64,000 bases of DNA from Octopus vulgaris (Eukaryota): assembly GCA_951406725.2 (NCBI GenBank), contig OX597823.1:67084001-67148000 (forward strand), written 5' to 3'. A program made the translations under genes and the position numbers. How positions within the stretch are numbered: position 1 is the first letter of the stretch; every line of letters begins with the position of its first letter. Shown here one piece after another: positions 55,180 through 64,000 of this stretch. The notes below the pieces were generated by a model that searched no databases, was not told where the DNA came from, and saw nothing but the letters and a program-made list of their open reading frames with translations.

Positions 55180-55400
55180 CGTGTAAATGTTTAGTGACAG
55201 TTAGGAGACTTACAATCGCTAGATCGTAGTTTCAATTCCTGAACCTGATGGTGCCTTGTGTTCTTGAGCAAAATACTTCATCTCACGTTGCTCTGCTATC
55301 ACTTTGATACCTAACGTGTGCCACACTGTGCACCTCTATAAACAATTTCAATTTGATGGAAAGAGTAACCTAATATACAGCACAAATATTTGATCGCTAT
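54890..55400. mobile_element. Two degenerate SINE family C copies in opposite orientation around (TG)n(GA)n
   Basis: GTGTTTTGCTCAAGAGCACAA...GAATCGAACCCAC (minus); GTTTCAATTCC...TTGTGTTCTTGAGCAAAATAC (plus). Confidence 0.65.
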
Positions 55401-56130
55401 AAACAAATAATGAACAAACACTTATATAAATCAATATAGCATTTATATCATCTACAAAAGATGATTTATAAACTTAACCTTCATATAACTAGAGTAGCAA
55501 ATATATATTCCACGTTACACCTGTTTCGAAAGTTCAGTTACTTGTTGACGGAATGTTGTGTATTATGTCAACTGGAGTGCTATAATACAGATGTGCAATA
55601 ATACGCACCAAGCAAATAGAAATTATTTTGAACACATAAATCTAAAACATGGTGTAGAAGCGTCGAATCTTTCTTTTGGAATGAGTGGTAAAGCTGTGAG
55701 TCATCTAGTAGTACACCAGTATTTAAGAGCATTTAAATATCAATAATAACGATGAGGGTAATGATGGCGGGGAAAGACTGATAGAAATGAAAGCTGTAAG
55801 ATGTAGAACGTTAAGATGTAAAAACAAAATCAGGTATTCAGTAGAATACCTCTATCTTTGTAAAACGGGAAGATATAATAGAAAAAAGATAGAGGGGGCG
55901 TATCTATTTAGGAGGGGCGAAAATAATAGTGATATGTCATAATTCAAATTTTGGGCAGGACCTGCGCGTACTAGACGATACTCGTCTGCCAACAATATAA
56001 ATGTGAGCTTTTGTGCAGCATGCGTTTATATGAGAGGTCTTCACAAGGTAAATAATGCAATATTCGGCATTCTGAAAAAAAAAATGTCTTTTGTTATTAA
56101 TAGTGTTTCTGTCGCTAATACTTATACATG

Positions 56131-56213
<83 letters not shown>

Positions 56214-56649
56214 CTCTTGCCCAAACTATTAATTCATTATTCTAACGAATATATTCTTGTCATGCTACGATGGTCAGATCCAATGAACTGTAAATGCGTA
56301 ACAGAGTGAAATGAAATTTCACAGATGTAAAGTGATGTTAGTATTGCAAAAGAATATATTGAAGTAGCGATTTTCTCACTTCAATTCATCATTGAACATT
56401 GTTAAGTAATGCTAAGCTAACTTTCCCTAGATACAATGCAAAAAAGACAAAATATATCATGAATACTTTCATTACATTGATGTATGACACTAGGATTGTT
56501 GTATAAACGTCAATTGGTGACAAGACACTGATGGAAAATGTGCTTGCTTAATACTGATGTCACAAATCCGAGCGAATGTCGTAGCGTGATGATGAATGGG
56601 GAAGCTCGAAATTAATCAGCGATATATGAGAGCTTTGGTACATTCCGAA

Positions 56650-56980
56650 GGCGCATGGCTCAGTGGTTAGAGCGTCGAGCTTACGATCAAGAAGTTGTGA
56701 GTTCGAATCCCGGACCGGGCTGCGTGTTGTGTTCTTGAGTAAGACACTTTATTTCACGTTACTCCCGTTCACTCAGCTGTAGAAATGAGTTCCGACATCA
56801 CAGGTACCAAGCTGTATAGGACTTTCCCTAGGATAACACTGGTGGCGTGGAGAGGGGAGCCCGGTATGCATGGGCGACTGCTGGTCTTCAAGAAACAACC
56901 TTGCCCGGACTTGTGCCTAGAAGAGTAACTTTCTAGGTGCAATCCCATGGTCAGTCATGACCGAAGGGTATCTCAGCATA
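56650..56980 (+). mobile_element. Full-length SINE family C with 13-bp TSD
   Basis: GGCGCATGGCTCAGTGGTTAGAGC (A box), GAGTTCGAATCCC (B box), TTGTGTTCTTGAGTAAGACAC; GGTACATTCCGAA at 56637-56649 and 56981-56993. Confidence 0.9.
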
Positions 56981-57735
56981 GGTACATTCCGAAACATAAA
57001 ATATATATTAACATACATAAATTACAAAACCCATTATCATTAAACGAAACTGAACTATCTACGCAAAATCTATATGAAACTCTTAAGAACTACTCTGGAA
57101 TTTATCAAGAAGCATGCAATCATATGGGAGAACTCAATATGTCCGTAAAAGAAATATATATCAGTACAATCAAAAACTTTGAAACAGTTTCGCAACAGCC
57201 AGTTTCAACAACCAATGGTATAATAAATAAATAAATGGAAATACATTCATGTTTTCGACGGAAGTCACATCAAACTGACGCTGCTTGAACGTCGGTGATA
57301 TGTTTTTGCTCACACAGTATATGTTTGACGTGCCTTCAATTTCAATGCATTGAAAATATTAACGTTTGCTACGCAGTTGTTGACAAATCTGACAGTTACA
57401 TATATCTAATATTTCAGGAAACTGAAATACACAGAACATATGCATGTGCTCTTTTTTGTGTGTATTTGTATCTGTGTTTGTGCTTGTGTGCATGTATAGA
57501 TGAACATGAAGAATACGCAATCGATTATCTTCAGGTAATTAGTTGAATGAAACAGCACTTGATGAAGTAGAAATGAATTGTGACACGTAACCACCGTAGA
57601 TATTTGTAAAGTGTAATTACATCCGTATACATTATGCCATGTCCTTTAATATTACCTACCTGAAGAGGAATTGAAATTCAAACTGACGTATATGCAGGTG
57701 TACGTATAAACATGCACGTACATATTTTATGTATG

Positions 57736-57852
<117 letters not shown>

Positions 57853-58653
57853 ATACATATATATATATATATAATATATATATATATGAAAACATACATA
57901 GCTATCTGTGTATGTATGTATGTATACATGCATGCATGGATTTATGTGTGTACAGGTATATTATTATGATTATACATACATATATGTGTATATGCTTCTA
58001 CGTATAAAGACGGAGAAAGGATGTTTATGAACAGAATATGAATGGTGTGCTTTTTTTTTTTTTGTGTGTGTGTATGTATATGTATGTGTGCATGTGTGTG
58101 TGCTTGCATTCGTGTGTGTTTGTGTATTCTATGTTCGTCTGTATGTTTGTGTATTTTATGTGCGTCTGTGTGTTGTTTGTGTGTGTATTGTGTGTGTGCC
58201 TGTAAGCGTGTGTGTGCGTGTGTGTATGTGCATGTGTGTGTGTGTGTGTGTGTTTAAGTATGTATAACTTCGTTATTGTCCATTATCAATGTTATTGCGT
58301 GGTACGATCAGATATCTGCTATTTCCTCCCCATTTTCATACGACTTTATCATCCTATGTGTCTTCCCCATTAGTATTAAGTCCGCGGGAAATGCTTTGAT
58401 GTATCTCTTAATCTGAATTTTGGCGATATTTCTCATACAAGCTCCTATGTGAAGGTTCCAGACTGCGAAAAGTTGCACAATCAGGCAAATGCGTCTGTTT
58501 CAACACATCAATGATGCGCTTATGAGAGTCATACACATAGACATACACACGCGTACGTGTACATATGTGTTTGTGTTTGTGTGCCTGTGTGTGTATAAGT
58601 GTATAGGTATAAATATATGTGTATTTGTATATAAACAGTATTATTATTATTAT

Positions 58654-58716
<63 letters not shown>

Positions 58717-58859
58717 AATTGTTGTTGTTGTTATTATATACTAACAATAACAAAAAAATAATGATATATATATATATATGTTTTTATGAATATACACATA
58801 TACACACACAAATACACACACACACATATTATACAAATCTACGTGTTTATACTTGTGTG

Positions 58860-58897
<38 letters not shown>

Positions 58898-59728
58898 CTT
58901 GTTTATATATATATATATATATATATATTGTGTGTGTGTATATGTGTGTGTGTGTGTAACTACTTTCTTATCAGGATCAAGGCGGTGATTGAAACGAGAT
59001 CTTAAGAAATTTTAAAACTGCACAGCCAGTTCATTATGCTCGCCTTAATGCCCAGTACTTAGAACACATTCACATTATAGTGTCATAATCGTGCAGCTCG
59101 TATCTATGTTTTTCCTTATATATAATATTTCGTTAGATGAAAGTGTTTATTTTCCATGATATGGATGAGTATTTTGGTTATATCGCATTTCTCTCGCAAT
59201 ACCGTCGTTCGATATAGATTTCTGACTGAACAATCATTGATTTTCTGTATTTGCGAAGGAGAGAGTCTAAGAGATAGCCTGTGTAATTGCGGCGGAACAA
59301 ACATGCCAAAGGATATTCGTTTTACAGCCTGAATTGACAGGTTTATCAAGGCATAAATAACATGATGAATAAGTATTCATTGTTGAGTGTTGGATAGGTC
59401 ATTGAACTTCTACTTTGCTTGCGTGTACCTTTTTAAAATTTTACCTGAAGATGGTGGTCTTATGCTATAATGTAACGTATGACTACATGACTAAAATTTT
59501 ATTACAAAATGTATTACATTTTTAACTCCATTTTTATAAGCCGCCACGCTTTGAACCAGCCTTCACTCGGGTCTACGGTTTATATTGGATAAGGTACATA
59601 TCTGGATTATACGCCCAACACATGATACTTTCATGGTTGTTTTACTTCACTCAATTAGATGTTATGATACCTGTTCAGTCCAGGTTCCCAACGCATTGAT
59701 TCACCTAGATTCTAATGAATCTTGTAAC

Positions 59729-59808
<80 letters not shown>

Positions 59809-59892
59809 CATACATATATACATATATATATACATACATACATATATACATATATATATACACACATACGTATGCATGTATATACATATCTT

Positions 59893-60100
59893 TTATCCTT
59901 TACTTGTTGCAGTCATTAGACTGCGGCCATATTGGGGAACTGCCTTGAAGAAATTTTAGGCGAGTGAATCGACCTGAGGTCCGAGTTTTTTTTTAATCTG
60001 ATACTTACTCTATCCCCCTCTGCGAAATCGCTAAGTTACAGGGACGTAAATACACCGACAACGGTTGTCAAGCGGCGGTGTGTGACAAGCACAGACACAA
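59893..60100 (-). mobile_element. SINE family B 3' part
   Basis: TTACTTGTTGCAGTCATTAGACTGCGGCCAT...GCCTTGAAG...CGCTAAGTTAC...GGTTGTCAAGCGG, as at 36455-36630. Confidence 0.7.
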
Positions 60101-60117
60101 AGACACACACATAGATA

Positions 60118-60158
<41 letters not shown>

Positions 60159-60176
60159 ATATATATATATATATAT

Positions 60177-60234
<58 letters not shown>

Positions 60235-60602
60235 ATATATGTATTTATACATATATATATACATATACATATATATACAAATATATGTTATTTAGAGATA
60301 GTAGTCCCCTTCATCACACCATATAAAAGAATTTTAATTTAATTTAATACTTACTACTCAATTCTCAGCTACACGTGTTCTTGAGGTTCTTTTACGGTTC
60401 CTTAAGCAGGCAGTGTTTTACAGGAACCTTTCTTAAAATGTAGCCCCAATCATCAGGTCTCTAAATATTCCCTAATAAATAAAATAAAATATATACGACG
60501 GGTTTCTTTCAGTTTCCGTCGACCAATCCACTCATGTGCTGGAAAGCAAGCTTCTTACCACAGCGTCACAGCGTCACGCCTGCGCCTATATACACATACA
60601 AA

Positions 60603-60824
60603 CGAGGAGACCGGGTGCTGAGAAGTTCCTGGTTTTAAAGTTATCGCGAAAGACCCGACTGGAAGCCCACACCTCCGATTTCTTTTACAGTGCTTAGAAA
60701 AATTGAAGAACCGCTGCAATAAGTATCAGAATCTGAGAGGGAGTGATATTGAATGAAATTGTAATTAACTGATCCTCTTGTATTTTCTTTTACCGAAAGC
60801 CAGGAACTTTCCAGCATCTCCTCG
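60603..60824 (+). mobile_element. Mariner-derived MITE (222 bp)
   Basis: TIRs CGAGGAGA..TGCTGAGAAGTTCCTGG / CCAGGAACTTTCCAGCATCTCCTCG followed by TA; internal LEKLKNRCNKYQNLRGSDIE* resembles a mariner transposase C-terminus. Confidence 0.85.
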
Positions 60825-61461
60825 TACAAAGAGGGAAGAAAGGAGATCAATAGATATTATATTAGGTCTCCTTCTTACTTTACTATAACTACGATGTGTG
60901 AGAATGTTGTCAAAGAATTGCTGCATGTAGATGAAGGCTACTTGGATGGCTATCACGATCAAAACACCGTACACCAAATGACGTTGTCTTTTGGAGTATT
61001 ATCAAAGATAAAAACTTTTGAAGAAAACTACGCACTCTTGATGATATGATTCAGTTCTTTAGAAAATCGTGCCAAGAAATCTATGACATTAAAGAAAAGC
61101 TTGCCAATGTGTACTTGAGTGCAGAAACAAGGCTACATGAATATAAATATTGAATGCAGGCAATTCGGGCACTTAAGAGATTATGCTTCAGACATTGTAG
61201 TTTGTTTAGTTATAATAAGCATGTAATCTTCTGGGGAACTAAATAATGCGAAGCTGATATAATTTTATAATTATTTATATATGTTCCCATAACTAAAAAC
61301 TATATTTGTGCAATGTTCTCTGAATATATGTATGAACACATATACCAACACCGGTTTCCTCTCTCTCTCTCACTCTATCTCTCTATTTCTCTCTATGTAT
61401 GTATGCATATACATACATACATACACACATACATACATACATACATACATACATACATACA

Positions 61462-61488
<27 letters not shown>

Positions 61489-61495
<7 letters not shown>

Positions 61496-61640
61496 ACACA
61501 CTGCCTAAATACCAATCTTGAGAAATTAGGCTTCTCAAAACCAGAAAGGAGAAAGCTAATTCGTAAACTACAGATCTAATCCATAACTGGAACTATAAAA
61601 ATCTATAAAACGTTCCAGAAGTTTATCATTTAAATATCTT
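61489..61640 (+). mobile_element. Extreme 3' ORF fragment of R4/Dong-like family B, directly after (TACA)n
   Basis: ITHCLNTNLEKLGFSKPERRKLIRKLQI*SITGTIKIYKTFQKFII* matches the 11297-11440 copy. Confidence 0.8.
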
Positions 61641-61649
61641 TTGGCGCAT

Positions 61650-62209
61650 TATAAGCTTCTTTATTGGCCACACAGGGCTGCACACAGATGGGACAATTTA
61701 CAAGGTAAAGCTTTTCTTTTGGGGGGATGAAAAAACAAAAAACAAAAGAAACAAAAAAATGTGGCGTAGGTTTTCGATCAAAAGGGATCGTAAAAGGGAA
61801 AAAAGAAAAAGAAAAGAAAAGAAAAGAAACAAAAGAAAAGAAAAAGGAAAAAGAAGAAAAAAGAGGAAAAAAGGGGAAGAGGAAAAAAACGATCAAAAGC
61901 GATCGTGTATCACAGTGTCATGATGTACGGTGTAAAGGGGGAAGCAGATGAGGTTTATCCGTGGGAAGAAAAGCCTACGAAAAAGACCACGGTAACCTCG
62001 GTCAATATTGTTTATATGTTACCACATTTGTTTGCAAGTGGGTAACCCTCTGTTTTCAATTTCTGGGTTCATAGGATTAGGCTCAAGGTGGCTTCGTCAT
62101 TCATACGTGCCATCATTGCTACATTCACCCATCTTTTTTTTAAAACATTCGCTAGACAAAACTTGCCTCTCTACTCTCACTTTCCTTTTCAAGTGGTACT
62201 TGAAGAAGT
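61650..62209 (-). mobile_element. 3' end of an L1/Tx1-like LINE (ORF2 C-terminus and pyrimidine-rich 3' UTR)
   Basis: Minus translation FFKYHLKRKVRVERQVLSSECF(K)KRWVNVAMMAR...LIL*; UTR ends CCAATAAAGAAGC; 5' break abuts (TG)n at 62211. Confidence 0.6.
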
Positions 62210-62594
62210 CTGTGTGTGTGTGTGTGTATGTGTGTGTGTGTGTGTGTGCGCGTGTGTCATTTATTTGTAATTGTCCCTACATGCAAAGTTTTTTCACTTT
62301 GTGCCAGTGACATTACTGAAATGAAAGGATCCCGTTTTTGTGCCATTACGGTTCCGACTAATTTGAATGCTCTTGGCGGGCACTTTTAATTTGAATGATG
62401 TAAATGCTAAATTCTTTGATCAAAGTGCGGAATTGAATGATCAAAAAACGAATTTGAATGGCTAACTTCATAGCGCTAATCTTTTTAGCGACTTTGATAG
62501 GCCCGATTATCAAATTGAAATACAAGCTTATGAAAATAAGTGCAAAAACCCATATTATACCCATTTAATTGATACTGTAAATAATCTTAAATCA

Positions 62595-63180
62595 CTCAGC
62601 TCAAATTCCGCCGAGGTCGACTTTACTTGTCATCCTTTCGGGCTCGATACAATAAATACAAACTGAACACCGGGGTCGATGTGATCGACTTACCGTCTCA
62701 CCCATAATTACTGGCTATGTGCCAAAATTTGTAACCAATATTGAACTATTCCACTTGAGTGCTGTAAACTGCTGTAAACACTATATATAAATAAGTCTTT
62801 CTAATTTTGGCTCAAGCCAGGGATTTTTGACGAACACTCTTTATATTTACTCCGAAAGGACGAAAAGCAAAGTTGACCTCAGCCGGATTCGAACTCGGAA
62901 CGTAAACCGAAAGGAACGCCCCTAAGAATTTTTTTTTCCTGACTGGCTACTAACTATTCTGCCAGTTTACCGCCTATACTATATGTAAATAACCCTTTCT
63001 ACAATAGTCAGAAGGCCTGGAAATTTGAGGTTTGAGGTAGTCGATTATATTATATCGACTCTATTGCTCTACTGGTATTCAATTATTCTACCCAGAGAGA
63101 TTGACAGACAACGTCAACCGCTTAGGAAGTTGGAGTTAAAAAGTAAAGAGGAATGAAAAGTCATTCTGCCAACAAGCTGC
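62595..63180. mobile_element. Three SINE family A copies (plus 62595-62740; minus 62795-62975 with ACTATATRTAAATAA TSD; minus ~62990-63180)
   Basis: CTCAAATTCCGCCGAGGTCGAC..., GAAAGGACGAAAAGCAAAGTTGACCTC..., CTGCCAGTTTACCGCC. Confidence 0.75.
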
Positions 63181-63354
63181 TTATGTTGTAAATAATGGCA
63201 ATTAATATGTAATGCTATGTAGTGAAGAAAAAAATCTATATTGCATACACACACACATATTTACGCATGTGCAAATACAAAGAAAAACATTCATTGACAG
63301 TTACTGATACACACAGAGAAACTTCACATATGCAGTTTTATCCTATAATTTGTG

Positions 63355-63441
<87 letters not shown>

Positions 63442-63771
63442 AATGAATTGCAACATGAAGTTGATGATGTCTTTTTTTTTACGCTAAGAAAATTACGATA
63501 ATGAATAATTAAAACAAAATTTGCTTCAAGACACAAAATAAAACAATATTTTCAGTTTACATTTCGTATTTACATTTTATTAAAAACTTAATATATAGTG
63601 ATTATAAATTCTTTGTAATATGATATTTAAATACTTTCATACATAATTTCTCAAATTCTAGATTTATGCAGGAACATTCAAATACACACATATACGCAAC
63701 TCATATACATACCTACCTACATACATACATACATACATACATACATACATACATACATACATACATACATA

Positions 63772-63910
63772 CCGTAAATGTTCCAGTATAGTGCGCCCTT
63801 GAGTATAATACGCAGGGGTTTTTTAGGGGGCTGTACCTCTGAAAAACCTAAACCATGTGTATAATACGCACCCCTTCTCTAACTTGAGTCGTGCGTAATT
63901 AAACCAGCAG
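63772..63910 (+). mobile_element. Left end of a pogo/Tc2-like DNA transposon or MITE
   Basis: TA|CCGTAAAT...AGTATAGTGCGC terminus with repeated subterminal GTATAATACGCA (63803, 63858); right TIR not in window. Confidence 0.5.
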
Positions 63911-64000
63911 CACCTAGTCGAGCAGACACTTTCTCACTATAGCCCCAGGCCGAGCAAACCTTGTGAATGGGTAGCATATGTGCATACGTGTATGTGCGTA

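Noticed and set aside
56650-56722. tRNA-like sequence with A and B boxes (also 31930-32003)
   Set aside because: No acceptor stem; continues into a SINE body and has a TSD, so it is a SINE head.
57660-57705. CTGAAGA-GGAATTGAAATTC-AAAC hammerhead-like motif (similarly 59445-59515 and 21085-21125)
   Set aside because: No correctly placed GAAA and no convincing stems I and III.
59110-59370. Possible ancient PLE thumb-domain remnant on the minus strand
   Set aside because: Similarity too weak to support by eye.

Overview
AT-rich, repeat-dominated animal genomic DNA, probably intergenic or intronic. The tRNA-derived SINE families and dense (TA)n/(TACA)n/(GATA)n/(ATT)n tracts suggest a cephalopod (Octopus-like); this is an inference. 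No host gene, rRNA, real tRNA or CRISPR array can be supported. The only long genuine ORF is a young, 5'-truncated Penelope-like element (PLE; RT + GIY-YIG, ~21791-23884). It has an inverted pseudo-LTR carrying a hammerhead ribozyme, and its sense copy has lost that ribozyme through a 158-bp microhomology deletion. The most striking hidden feature is a non-coding, highly structured 489-bp unit at 51776-52354. It has an ~86-bp terminal redundancy and a complete type I hammerhead ribozyme on the minus strand, inside a (TA)n field, which fits a retrozyme/circular-RNA-derived insertion. A third hammerhead (13167-13229) and several decayed ones are also present. The rest comprises a full-length dead mariner, mariner/hAT/Tc2-like MITEs, R4/Dong-, Tx1-, RTE- and Penelope-type fragments, and many SINEs. 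Several retroelement families each sit in a different microsatellite. All alignments and foldings were done by eye.
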